This document shows, piece after piece, positions 50,133 to 59,761 of a DNA stretch of 64,000 nucleotides. The translations under genes were made by a program, and so were the position numbers. Under the pieces are notes generated by a model. That model did no database searches. It was not told the DNA's origin and saw nothing but the letters and a program-made list of their open reading frames with translations. The stretch is from contig CAZSAP010000013.1 of NCBI GenBank assembly GCA_964604705.1, forward strand, positions 21,388 to 85,387, written 5' to 3'. How positions within the stretch are numbered: the stretch's first letter is position 1; the number at the start of each line of letters is the position of its first letter. Source of the DNA: an uncultured bacterium. GTDB lineage: Bacteria; Oederibacteriota; JAAXVQ01.

Positions 50133-50284
50133 GGTCGAATGGGGTCGGGTGTCCCGTGCCGCGGATGCTGGGTCCCGCAATGTGATTTCACACAGCTCAC
50201 CGCCCGATCGCACACGTTGGTTGCGAACCGTCCTTTCGCCCCATGCCCATCAGAAGCAAACGGGATACCCGATCCCATTCGACC
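50133..50284. repeat. Imperfect 23-bp inverted repeat pair (21/23 matches) about 105 bp apart. A MITE-like element or a long-range stem.
   Basis: ggtcgaatggggtcgggtgtccc (50133-50155) against gggatacccgatcccattcgacc (50262-50284). The palindrome tgtgatttcacaca (50181-50194) sits inside. Confidence 0.4.
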
Positions 50285-50456
50285 GAGTTCCACTATGTTC
50301 ACCGCTTCCGCATCGACCACCGTCGCCATAAAAACAGCCCCACAAACAACACCACAATCCCCACATACACATATTCGCCGGCATAATCCCACAGGGTGGG
50401 ATTATCCACAACTTCAATGGTGATCATGCCAGGAGAAGATTCTGCGCTCTCGGGGT

Positions 50457-51392
50457 TCATTTCTTCTTCACATCCAGGTTCATTTCTTGAACCGCAAACA
50501 CATTGCGGCTGGACGTGCGCCCATCCAAAGCGATTTTGTACGTGCCCGGCGCCACGCCTTTTTTCACAACCAGCTCCACCTCAAACTCCGCCACCTGCCC
50601 GGGCGAGAGTTTCTTGACACTGGCCGGCTTCACCACCACGTCAAACGCATCGCTCTTCGCGGTTAGGACAATGTTGTTCAATTCATTGAAAACATTATTC
50701 TTCAGATGCACTTCAAACTTACCTTTTTGCACGATCGAGGCAGGCACACGCGAAAGGCTCAAGCCTAAATTCTGGGCCGCCGCTCCGCCACCCGGTCCTT
50801 CCAAGTTCCCTTCGTAAATCGTGGCTCCGCGTGAGGTGACTTTAAAATCCATGGGAAATTTCCCGGACTTCCAATCGTCTTTGAGCTTGAGCTTAACCGT
50901 GTAATACTCACGCTCACCCGCGACCAAGCGGCGCAAAGACGCCGGATCCACCTCGGTATCAAACGCCGGGCTGACGGCCTGCAGCTTTACATCAAACAGA
51001 TCCCGGGGAGATTTGTTCACGATGTATGTACGGAACTCGCCCTTACGTCCAATAATCTTCAGCTGACTGGTCTCAGGGATGAGCACAATGTTGTCCGGGC
51101 TGGTCTCATCGGCGCCGGCCTGCGGGCCTGTGTCTCCGGGCAAGCGCGCACCCGTACTCATGGCATTGGGGGCTGCCGCCGAGGGAGAAGATCCCGGTCC
51201 GCCGGGTTCCCCAGGCGCAGGCGGGGGGGGCGGTGGCGCCACTGTGTCCGGTGCTCCCGGGGACCCGGGCGCGGCACCGACACTTCCAGGGTTGGGGCGC
51301 CACGGATCGTCGCAGGCATGCCCGAAACACACGCTGGTGCACGCGGCACTCAATACACACATCACACCCAAACCCATCATTGTCTTTTTCAT
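50457..51392 (-). CDS. Hypothetical secreted protein with a Pro-rich linker
   Basis: Signal peptide. A PPPPPPAPGEPGGPGSSP linker, then a beta-rich C-terminal domain. Confidence 0.5.
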   Translation of the reverse strand: MKKTMMGLGVMCVLSAACTSVCFGHACDDPWRPNPGSVGAAPGSPGAPDTVAPPPPPPAPGEPGGPGSSPSAAAPNAMSTGARLPGDTGPQAGADETSPDNIVLIPETSQLKIIGRKGEFRTYIVNKSPRDLFDVKLQAVSPAFDTEVDPASLRRLVAGEREYYTVKLKLKDDWKSGKFPMDFKVTSRGATIYEGNLEGPGGGAAAQNLGLSLSRVPASIVQKGKFEVHLKNNVFNELNNIVLTAKSDAFDVVVKPASVKKLSPGQVAEFEVELVVKKGVAPGTYKIALDGRTSSRNVFAVQEMNLDVKKK

Positions 51393-51445
51393 AAGCTCAC
51401 CTTTCTGGTCGTGTGTAAAAAATCATAAACCGCAGCCGTATGCAG

Positions 51446-52522
51446 CTAGGGTTTCTTCGGTTCCAAGTATTTCACTTTCGCCGCCGTGTACTCGGCATAG
51501 CTTACATGCGGCAAGCCCGCGCCATCTAAAACCAACGAGGCATACGCCCCCACATCCCCAGTTGCATCCAGCACACTCACCTTCCACGTCGTTCCTTGTG
51601 CTTGGGCATACTTCAGATGTTTTTTTCCGTGATCGTAGTATACCATGTGCGCCCGTCCTTGCGCATCCAGGCGCAAACGCACATAACGCCCCACATCCCC
51701 ATCTTTATCCACCGTGGTTTTGTTCCACTGCTTGCCGTCCCACACCGCGTATTTTAAGGCGGCGGTACCGGCATCGTAGTAGGCTATGCGCGGGAATCCC
51801 TGAGCATCCAATGCCAACGACGTGAACATCCCCAGGGTCTTTTCCGTATCCACGGTCTGAATATCCCAACCCGTCCCGTTCCAAGCCGCGTACTTCAAGG
51901 CATGCTTGCCCCAATCACTGTAGGAAATATGCGGACGATCCTGCGCATCCAGCGCCAGTGAGGTAAACATACCCACGAAATCCTTGAAATCCACGCGTTC
52001 GGTTTTCCAGGTCTTGCCTTCGCGGCGCGCATATTTCAAATCGTAGTTGGTCCAGTCAAAGTAACTGATGCACGGCACGCCCTTGGAGTCCAACGCCAGG
52101 GATGCATACGTCCCTTCGTATCCGGGTGCATCCACCAGCTCGGTCCGCCATTTTCCGTTTTCGAGTTCAGCATATTTCAAGTCTTTGTTCTTCCAATCAA
52201 AATACGCTACGCACGGCTGCGCTTGCGCGTCCAAGACCATGCTTACATACGTGCCAAAATTGCCACCCTGGTCCACGTTCTGCACCGACCACTTCCCCCC
52301 CTGGCGATGCGCCAACTTGAGCGCATAATCCCGCCAGTCGCAATACGCCACATAGGGTTCTCCCTGGGGATCCAGCGCCAGCGCCGTCTCCTGCCCCTTG
52401 ACCAACGCATCCGGGTCGGCCAACTCCACCTGCCACTGAGGGGCACGTGCACAGCCGACGATCAGCATCAGTCCAATCACCATCCAACCATACTTCAACG
52501 CATGTTTGTTCGCCTTCCGCAT
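51446..52522 (-). CDS. Lipoprotein made of about seven tandem ~42-aa beta-propeller-type repeats
   Basis: Lipobox LIVGC. The repeat ...G.Y.SLALD..G.P.ISY.D..N..LKYA...G..W..E.VD recurs and also appears in the N-terminus of the 53567-55726 protein. Confidence 0.55.
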   Translation of the reverse strand: MRKANKHALKYGWMVIGLMLIVGCARAPQWQVELADPDALVKGQETALALDPQGEPYVAYCDWRDYALKLAHRQGGKWSVQNVDQGGNFGTYVSMVLDAQAQPCVAYFDWKNKDLKYAELENGKWRTELVDAPGYEGTYASLALDSKGVPCISYFDWTNYDLKYARREGKTWKTERVDFKDFVGMFTSLALDAQDRPHISYSDWGKHALKYAAWNGTGWDIQTVDTEKTLGMFTSLALDAQGFPRIAYYDAGTAALKYAVWDGKQWNKTTVDKDGDVGRYVRLRLDAQGRAHMVYYDHGKKHLKYAQAQGTTWKVSVLDATGDVGAYASLVLDGAGLPHVSYAEYTAAKVKYLEPKKP

Positions 52523-52587
52523 AACGCCTCCACCTTTAAAAGCTTTTCCGCGAACCGCTATTTCGTTCTTCTGGGTATGAGACGTAG

Positions 52588-53565
52588 CTAAAACCCCACA
52601 CTCAACGTCACGAGATGGTTCGCCCCAAACGTCCCCATGCTGGCAAACGCATAATCCAGCCGCACGCTGCCCAAGGCGGCCCCGCCGCCGGCGGTCAATC
52701 CCGCCAGATCGTAGCCTGCCTTGTAACCTAAGCGGGCAAAGAGCATATCCCTAAACCCATACTCCACACCCGTGTGAAATTTGAAATCCTGATCCAACGG
52801 CTTTACGACTTCGGCACTGCACGCCAACCCATGCTGCTTAACCCAGAGCCAACGGTACGCAGCTCCGGCTTGCAGCGTGGTGGGCAGCAAATCCCCCTCT
52901 TGATCGTACTTGAGTCGCGGCCCCAAATTTTCAACCGCGAGGCCGATGTGCAAATCACGCCACACCTTGTACGCCACGCCACCGTCCAAGGCCACGGTCA
53001 AACCCGAATACGCTTCGGCCAAGCGCGAGCTCAGCACTTTGACATTGATACCGGCGCAATTCTCCCCGTACATGCGCATACTCCCGGAAAGCGTGAGCAC
53101 ATAGTCTTGAAGCGCCTTGACCGAATGCTCGCTTCCATCCCCCAAGGTATAATCAAGTTGCCCGGCATCAAAGTACGCAACACTGACCCCCCAGGCCGAA
53201 GCCGGCGAGGCCGGCATGCCAAACGCCAGGGCCGTATACGCGGAATCATCCAAAGTCTTGTAGTACGTTGCGCTCACCTGCGGTCGACTCAAGCGCTGCA
53301 AGCCGGCCGGGTTAAAATAAACAGCATCCAGATCCGCGGCCAACGCCGTGTAAGCTTCACCCAGCCCCAGTGCCCGTGCGCTGGCCGGGTACGTCAACAC
53401 CCGCGCACCGCTGACCAACCCGGCGTGGCACAGGGCAGGAAGCATGCCACTTCCCATCAATCCCAACAGGATCCAAACCTCAATACAACCTCTCAACCCC
53501 CGGCCCAAAGAACGCCTATGGGAAGCACGCGAAGTCAACTGTGTGTGTTGGTTACAATCGTTCAT
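52588..53565 (-). CDS. PorV/PorQ/PorP-like outer-membrane beta-barrel (short form, 325 aa)
   Basis: Family motif ALGLGEAYTALAADLDAVYFNPAGLQRLS. Ends ...TLSVGF. Lies immediately downstream of two CTD-bearing cargo genes. Confidence 0.6.
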   Translation of the reverse strand: MNDCNQHTQLTSRASHRRSLGRGLRGCIEVWILLGLMGSGMLPALCHAGLVSGARVLTYPASARALGLGEAYTALAADLDAVYFNPAGLQRLSRPQVSATYYKTLDDSAYTALAFGMPASPASAWGVSVAYFDAGQLDYTLGDGSEHSVKALQDYVLTLSGSMRMYGENCAGINVKVLSSRLAEAYSGLTVALDGGVAYKVWRDLHIGLAVENLGPRLKYDQEGDLLPTTLQAGAAYRWLWVKQHGLACSAEVVKPLDQDFKFHTGVEYGFRDMLFARLGYKAGYDLAGLTAGGGAALGSVRLDYAFASMGTFGANHLVTLSVGF

Positions 53566-53566
53566 G

Positions 53567-55726
53567 TCATTTCACCACGCATATCTTCTTCCGGGTATGC
53601 ACGCCCGGAAGCTGAATGTCGACGAAGTAGATCCCGCTGGCCACGGTCTGGTTGTCCTTATTCACACCCGTCCAGATTTCCTGATGCACCCCGGCTTCAC
53701 GTCGTCCGTCCACCAACGCCTTCACCATCACGCCGTCGAGGCTGTAAAGCTTGATGACCACGTTCCCGGGTTGCGGCAGCGTGTACCAGATGCTGGCATG
53801 CTCGCCCAGCAGCGGCTTGAACAATCCGCCGATGATTTTCACTTCTTGTGGAAATACAGACCCCTTCACCGCGATGAAATCCTCGGCACTCAATCCCTTA
53901 GCCAAGGCCTGCGCAGTATATATTTTTCTCGCAGGTTCAAACACCCAACCGGCTGCTTGCGGCTCAAGCGTGATTGGTTCATAGGGCAATCCCGTCAAAA
54001 CATATTGTCCGTTGCTTCCGGTAATAGCTGCAACCGAGATGGAATTACCCCGTGCTTGTACGGTGATATTGGGAACGGCCACTCCTTGCGAATTTCGGAC
54101 GGTCCCTTGGGCTGTATAGACTACGCCCGGGAGCATGGCGGCAAATCCCTGGCTGTCTTGACTGGCACCCAACGAAGCGTACGAACGTGTGGCAGGCGTG
54201 AACGAATACCCAGTTAGCGAGGGCGTGATGGTATAGTTGCCGGGTGATAGATTCACAAACTCGTAATAACCTGTCGTATCCGTAGTATAGGTTCCTTGCG
54301 AACCACCGGACAAGGTTACAATCACTTGCTTGCCCACTTGATTTCCAGCTGCATCCGTAATGTAGCCGCGAATAAAATAACCGCTGCCTGGAATAATGGT
54401 GAAATCCTGGCTGGTCTGATTCTGACCCAAAGGTGCATAGGTTCGTTGAGTAGGTGAAAAAGACCAGCCCGCCAGAACTGGAATCACGCTTACATTCCCA
54501 GCCGGTACTTTTTCGAAAACATAGCTCCCATCGCTTTTGGTCACGGTGTTGGCATGAATCGCCCCGCTGGTTAAGAACATGTACACGCCTGCCTTGGGTA
54601 CACTCGCACCATCACGAACCACACCGCTGATGGTGTAGACACCCTCGATCCAACGCGCAAACTTTAAATCCTTATTGGTTACATCGTAGTAGGCTATAGC
54701 TGGAGATCCCGAGGAATCTAATTTTAAAGAAGTAGTAAAGCCCACAGCCCCCGATGCATCCACCACGCTCGGAATCCAAGCGCCGGAGCTGTTGGTCGCG
54801 TATTTAAGATGCCAACGGGTGAAGTCCAAGTAACTGATGTGTGCAGCGGTACCCTGCGTAGCAATGGACGTGTCGCCGCCAACGGAATAATCATTATCCA
54901 CCTTTTGTTTAGTCCAGGAACTGCCATTGAAGTAAAAATATTGGAGAAAACGGTAATTTACATAATCGGCACCACTCGTGCTTATTGTATTACTGCATGC
55001 ACTAATGTGCGGATTTCCGCTTGTGTCCAGTGCCAAAGAAAGAAATGCGCCTTCATTGTTTCCTTGGCCTGTCGGCTTATTAGCCGTCCAACTTCCCGCT
55101 GGCCCATTATAGTAAGATACTTCTTTATCGTTGTTGTACGCAGCCACATGCGGCACACCGCCAGTATCAAGCGCCAGAGAATGTTCCTGAGGGTCGTTGC
55201 CTAGGGGCAGCGAGCTCACGCCCCAAGACGTTCCGTTAAAGTAACCATATCTCAAACTTCCAGAACTAACATAGGTCACATGCGGACGCTGCGAGGCATC
55301 CAACTTTAGAGATGGGGAGGGGATCTCCGAAGACATGCTGGTGCCAACCAGTGTAGGGCTGCTCCAGGCGCTCCCGGTCCACTCAGTATACCGCAGCTCT
55401 GAGGCACTGGTGCGAAAAGCAATGCAGGGATAGTTACTGCTGTTACGGGCAATGGACGTGCCATTACCCCCGGCAGTTGCACCTACCGTCTGCACACTCC
55501 AGGCCGAACCGTTATGGTAGGCATATTTTAACCGATTGTTTGTATAATCATAGTAGCTGATCATAGGATGATTTCCACTGTCCAGTGCTAGCGACGAGTA
55601 CCATCCCACATCGCCGGTCGTGTCCACGGTCTGCACGTCCCAGACTGCAAAACTGTTTACTGCCAAAATAGCCAAAGCTGAAAACAGCAACCCACAAAAC
55701 AGTTTGGATCTCTTCCTGGTTCTCAT
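53567..55726 (-). CDS. Secreted protein with N-terminal propeller repeats, carboxypeptidase-regulatory-like domains and a T9SS-type CTD
   Basis: Signal peptide. The N-terminal repeats are shared with the lipoprotein at 51446. G.V.D..G CarbReg-like units. C-terminal ...VVIKLYSLDGVMVKAL...SGIYFVDIQLPG...KKICVVK. Confidence 0.6.
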   Translation of the reverse strand: MRTRKRSKLFCGLLFSALAILAVNSFAVWDVQTVDTTGDVGWYSSLALDSGNHPMISYYDYTNNRLKYAYHNGSAWSVQTVGATAGGNGTSIARNSSNYPCIAFRTSASELRYTEWTGSAWSSPTLVGTSMSSEIPSPSLKLDASQRPHVTYVSSGSLRYGYFNGTSWGVSSLPLGNDPQEHSLALDTGGVPHVAAYNNDKEVSYYNGPAGSWTANKPTGQGNNEGAFLSLALDTSGNPHISACSNTISTSGADYVNYRFLQYFYFNGSSWTKQKVDNDYSVGGDTSIATQGTAAHISYLDFTRWHLKYATNSSGAWIPSVVDASGAVGFTTSLKLDSSGSPAIAYYDVTNKDLKFARWIEGVYTISGVVRDGASVPKAGVYMFLTSGAIHANTVTKSDGSYVFEKVPAGNVSVIPVLAGWSFSPTQRTYAPLGQNQTSQDFTIIPGSGYFIRGYITDAAGNQVGKQVIVTLSGGSQGTYTTDTTGYYEFVNLSPGNYTITPSLTGYSFTPATRSYASLGASQDSQGFAAMLPGVVYTAQGTVRNSQGVAVPNITVQARGNSISVAAITGSNGQYVLTGLPYEPITLEPQAAGWVFEPARKIYTAQALAKGLSAEDFIAVKGSVFPQEVKIIGGLFKPLLGEHASIWYTLPQPGNVVIKLYSLDGVMVKALVDGRREAGVHQEIWTGVNKDNQTVASGIYFVDIQLPGVHTRKKICVVK

Positions 55727-55775
55727 ACGTAGTTCCTCCCAATGCGAGGGGGTTTCCTAACTTCACTTACCAATC

Positions 55776-58448
55776 TCACTTGATAACCGCCGCTTTGCTC
55801 CAAGCCTTGTAATCCGCACTTTGCAAGCTAACGATATAGATCCCACTTCCGACTACCTCACCTCGACTGTTTTTTCCGTCCCAAACAATTTCGTGAAACT
55901 GTTCTTTTACAAACAACTTATTGTCGGCCAAGGTGGTTATCTTATCTCCCACCATATTGTAAATGACCAGAGTAACGGACGCATCGGAAAATTGATACCA
56001 ACGAATTCGCGCTTGCTCTCCGTGACTTGGATTGATTTGGCTGTGTAGGATCTTCAAGCACTTTTCATAGTCACGGGTGCTGTCAAAAGCAGAACTGGTT
56101 GCAGTTGGCGTTGGTGTGTTGGCCGTCTTAGGTTGAAGCTGATAGATATGGTTGTTTGCAGCTAAAGCGTATACTTCAAACTGGTTATCGTTATTGCCAT
56201 CACCTACAGCTACCCGATAAATAGGCGAAGGAACCACACCCAAGTCTGTGGTCGCCCATTGATTCGTATATTTAAACTGGTACACGTGGGCGTCTGTCCC
56301 AGCGGCATAAACCTCGTCTTGGCCGTCGTTGTCGGCATCATTAACCACGACAGAATGCACTTCCTGCGTACTACTCCCCAAGCCGGTGGCGGACCAAGAG
56401 GTGATTTGCCATTTAAATTGGTAGACCTTGCCGTCTTGATTGGCTCCGTAGACTTCCATTTGACCGTCATGGTTGCCGTCACCTACGGCCACAGCATACA
56501 TTTCGCCCAAACCAAATCCCACGGAAGATTTGATCCAAGAAACGCCGTTATATTTAAACTGATACAGCGCCCGGTCGGCATTGCCGCCATAGACTTCCAG
56601 TTCACCGTCGCCGTTTCCATCTTCACAGGCCACAGCGTACATTTGTCCGACCCCAAACCCCAGATCCGTGCGCTGCCAAGTAGGATTTTTCACAAACTGA
56701 TACACATGCCCATCGGCACATGCTGCGTAAATTTTTTGATAACCATCACCGTTTCCATCTCCTGCAGCCAATGAGTATATCTTATCGTTGGTCGTAGCGC
56801 TCTGCCCCACTAGGGTCTTATCCCAGCTTGTACCATTAGCTTTGAATTGATATATATGGTTATCCAAGGTAGCTCCATAAACTTCCGCTTTGCCGTCTTG
56901 ATCCGCGTCGCACACTAAAGTACTGGAGTAAAATTCACCAGATACCGTACTTGTTGGGTACGACGTTGTTCCCCACACGTTTCCAGTTTTCTTTACGTTC
57001 GTAATTTTTAGGTCCCGATTGCAGGTTATCAATTCCTGCAGTCCATTATTGTCTGCATCTCCAATATCCAACCCGTAAAAAATCCCGGATAAGGAAGGAG
57101 TAGACAGCTGAGCGCAATCCGCTAGCTCCCAGCGTACCGGTCCTGTCAAAGGATCAAGTACAATAAATGCTTTTTCAGAAGTAACGACCGCTCCATCGTC
57201 GTTTAATTGTAAATCGTACACGCCGGGCACTGTAGGCAAGCTAAACTCACACGTTAACTTCGAGACACTTACTCTCTGAACATTGGTGGCACCTACGATT
57301 GCCGAGCTGCCGACCAATTTAACTTGAACATTGGGATTATAAAACTCGCGGCCTCTGACAGTGGCCGAAAGAGTTGTGTCAATTGTCCCATGTTTTTTGG
57401 ATATATCTGAGGTGAAGAACTTTTCAGCGAAACTAAAGAATGGGCCTTGAGCGGAGATAAACATCTTTTTCCTTTTGAAAAACAAACCTTCTGGCGAAGT
57501 CAAGCTTACATTTCCATCACCTATTGTATTTGATGTCATCGAAGAATGGCCAATAACAATGTCGGCGGCAATACCATTGCCGGAGGGAATCGTATTATAT
57601 ATCAGCGCTCTATTATTTCCCCGATCTACAGTAAAAAGCCTAACCCCATCACTAAAGACATCTCGCGGTTCAGAATATTTATACGCATTTGTTCCGGTGG
57701 AGTTTTGGAGCATGTCCGTTTGACCAACTACAATATCTGCACTCGCATTGTTCACAGTCGGGATACTATTATAAATAAGTACCCGGTGGTTTCCTGAATC
57801 GACAATAAATAGCTTCCCGTTAACTGTATAAGCACTCCATGGGGTATTGAACTTCTGCGCAGTAGTTCCACTACTATTTGTTGTCATTGAAGATTGGCCG
57901 ATCACCACATTTGCGTTTGCATTATTATTAGTTGGAACTGTATTGTATATTAAAACGCGATGGTTACTGCTGTCACAAATAATTAACCGTGTTCCATCTG
58001 TACATACTTGGGTAGGCTTGTAGAGCGTATTTGCTGTAGGATTACTCAAGCCTTGATTCGCTGTGTTGTTAGTTAAATTCGTCTGCCCAATCACTAAACT
58101 TGCTGTCGCGACATTGCTGTTGGGTATCGGATCAAAAATCAGGACACGGTTGTTGTTACAGTTCGTTGCAATAAATTTATTATTAACAACTGTCAAACCA
58201 CCCCAATTATAGTTCGAGTATCCACTTAGTGTGACATCAGGTGTTTCAGATCCTGTGGTTGGAAACTGATTATAGATATAGTAGTAGCCGCTCCAGTTGC
58301 TCAAGTATATCTTCGTTCCATCAGAATAAATTTTCCCAAACCCTGTACTAAGTTGGACATCTGCCGCCGGATCGTTTTCAAAGCCATATAATAGTCCTGC
58401 CGAAAACAGACCTGCTAAAAGCACAAGCGAAGCAATGCTCTTTTTCAT
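55776..58448 (-). CDS. Secreted NHL-repeat plus FG-GAP/VCBS-repeat protein with a T9SS-type CTD
   Basis: Start at MKKSIASLVLLAGLFSAG (ATG 58448). NHL-like repeats (NHRVLIYN three times). FG-GAP-like D.D.DG..E.Y repeats (GDGNGDGYQKIY, EDGNGDGELEVYGG, GDGNHDGQMEVYGA, NDADNDGQDEVYAAG). CTD ...VTLVIYNMVGDKI...SGIYIVSLQS...KAAVIK. Gene GC is markedly lower than the window average. Confidence 0.6.
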   Translation of the reverse strand: MKKSIASLVLLAGLFSAGLLYGFENDPAADVQLSTGFGKIYSDGTKIYLSNWSGYYYIYNQFPTTGSETPDVTLSGYSNYNWGGLTVVNNKFIATNCNNNRVLIFDPIPNSNVATASLVIGQTNLTNNTANQGLSNPTANTLYKPTQVCTDGTRLIICDSSNHRVLIYNTVPTNNNANANVVIGQSSMTTNSSGTTAQKFNTPWSAYTVNGKLFIVDSGNHRVLIYNSIPTVNNASADIVVGQTDMLQNSTGTNAYKYSEPRDVFSDGVRLFTVDRGNNRALIYNTIPSGNGIAADIVIGHSSMTSNTIGDGNVSLTSPEGLFFKRKKMFISAQGPFFSFAEKFFTSDISKKHGTIDTTLSATVRGREFYNPNVQVKLVGSSAIVGATNVQRVSVSKLTCEFSLPTVPGVYDLQLNDDGAVVTSEKAFIVLDPLTGPVRWELADCAQLSTPSLSGIFYGLDIGDADNNGLQELITCNRDLKITNVKKTGNVWGTTSYPTSTVSGEFYSSTLVCDADQDGKAEVYGATLDNHIYQFKANGTSWDKTLVGQSATTNDKIYSLAAGDGNGDGYQKIYAACADGHVYQFVKNPTWQRTDLGFGVGQMYAVACEDGNGDGELEVYGGNADRALYQFKYNGVSWIKSSVGFGLGEMYAVAVGDGNHDGQMEVYGANQDGKVYQFKWQITSWSATGLGSSTQEVHSVVVNDADNDGQDEVYAAGTDAHVYQFKYTNQWATTDLGVVPSPIYRVAVGDGNNDNQFEVYALAANNHIYQLQPKTANTPTPTATSSAFDSTRDYEKCLKILHSQINPSHGEQARIRWYQFSDASVTLVIYNMVGDKITTLADNKLFVKEQFHEIVWDGKNSRGEVVGSGIYIVSLQSADYKAWSKAAVIK

Positions 58449-58483
58449 CCGTGACAATCTCTGCATGTCCTCTCCTCCACCCA

Positions 58484-59689
58484 TCATTGCCAATAGAAAT
58501 TCGAGACAAACCCCAGCGTATACACTTCCCGCTGATAGCTGTAGTAGTAGTCGTTGGATTGGCTCTGGATGTAGTTGTACCCCAAGCGCAGCATCCAGGG
58601 AGCGCCGAGCCATTCGCCCAAGCGCTGGTTGACCTCCACCAGTACGTTGTATTCCTTATCGCTGCGGTTGGAGGTCAGGATGCGCCCTTGGGCATCCTGG
58701 GCCCTCCGCCCCGAATACGCCCGGGTGGTCACGGCCGTGTTCATCCGCACGTAACTGTTCTCGCGGCCGTAACAATAAAGACCGCTTAGGTTCACACAGT
58801 GATTCTGGCGGTCGTAGTAACCCGCTTCCAAGTCCACGGCGCCGGTGGTCAGATCGTAGACCAAGGCATTGGCATTGGAGTTCACACGTCCGAAGCCGTA
58901 TCCGAAACGGACATTGGAATTTTTCAAGAATTTCCAGGAGAGTGACGTATTAAAATTAAGTTCCTGATCCTGGCGTCGCTCGGAAGTGAAATCGCGGTCA
59001 TGCGCGCTGGCGTACAGGGGGCGTTCCGGGCACACATTGTTGACCCAAACCGCGCCCAATTCCAAATCAAGGGCCCAGGGCAAACCTTGCTTCACGGTGG
59101 CGTAGGCGCCGGTCCCGTTGTATTCGGCGACTTCTTCCATGAACGTCAAGCTGGCGGTCCAGCCCTCGTGCATGAAATTATAATTGGGCAGCGTGTAGAC
59201 TTGATACTTGACGCCCGCTTCCCAACTGGTGAAATCCCAAAAAAACGTGTAGTAGCGAAGATTGGCGGCCGCCACCCAATTCAAATAATTGTATTTGGAC
59301 GATGTGCTGTCGGGGTAGGCGTAGTACGTGCCTTGCGCGGAAAGTCCGGCGACCATGTCCGCAATCAGGTCTTCTTCCAGCCCCAGATTCACACTGTTGC
59401 TCAAATAATTTTTTCCGGTCCAGCGGTTGTACGCGGCATCACGAAAAAAATAATTGGCCAGGTAATGTGTGTTGCGGGACCATTTATCCTTATGATTGAG
59501 TTTCACTTCGGTGAGGGCATACGAATCGCTGTACGGCATGACGTACGAATAGATGTTGCTGTCTCCGGCTCCGGTGAGCGAGGTCTCCAACCAGGTCGCA
59601 CCCTGCACGGTCGATGCCGCACCTACCCACCCCAGCACGATCAAGAACCAAGCCCAGCTCTGTTGGCAATACCGGCGGCCTACGTGCAT
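58484..59689 (-). CDS. Hypothetical outer-membrane beta-barrel protein
   Basis: Signal peptide (WAWFLIVLGWVGAASTVQGA). Y/N/S-rich alternating strands. The C-terminus ends ...SNFYWQ. Confidence 0.5.
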   Translation of the reverse strand: MHVGRRYCQQSWAWFLIVLGWVGAASTVQGATWLETSLTGAGDSNIYSYVMPYSDSYALTEVKLNHKDKWSRNTHYLANYFFRDAAYNRWTGKNYLSNSVNLGLEEDLIADMVAGLSAQGTYYAYPDSTSSKYNYLNWVAAANLRYYTFFWDFTSWEAGVKYQVYTLPNYNFMHEGWTASLTFMEEVAEYNGTGAYATVKQGLPWALDLELGAVWVNNVCPERPLYASAHDRDFTSERRQDQELNFNTSLSWKFLKNSNVRFGYGFGRVNSNANALVYDLTTGAVDLEAGYYDRQNHCVNLSGLYCYGRENSYVRMNTAVTTRAYSGRRAQDAQGRILTSNRSDKEYNVLVEVNQRLGEWLGAPWMLRLGYNYIQSQSNDYYYSYQREVYTLGFVSNFYWQ

Positions 59690-59761
59690 ACGTTTCCTTT
59701 CCGGGACTCTTCAGAGATAAAAAAAGTATACCATATCGGTTGCGGCTCGCACATCTGTAAC

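Noticed and set aside
50181-50194. CRP/FNR-like site tgtgatttcacaca
   Set aside because: The half-sites match TGTGA/TCACA but the spacer is 2 nt rather than 6, so this is not a canonical CRP/FNR box. It is kept only as part of the inverted-repeat element.
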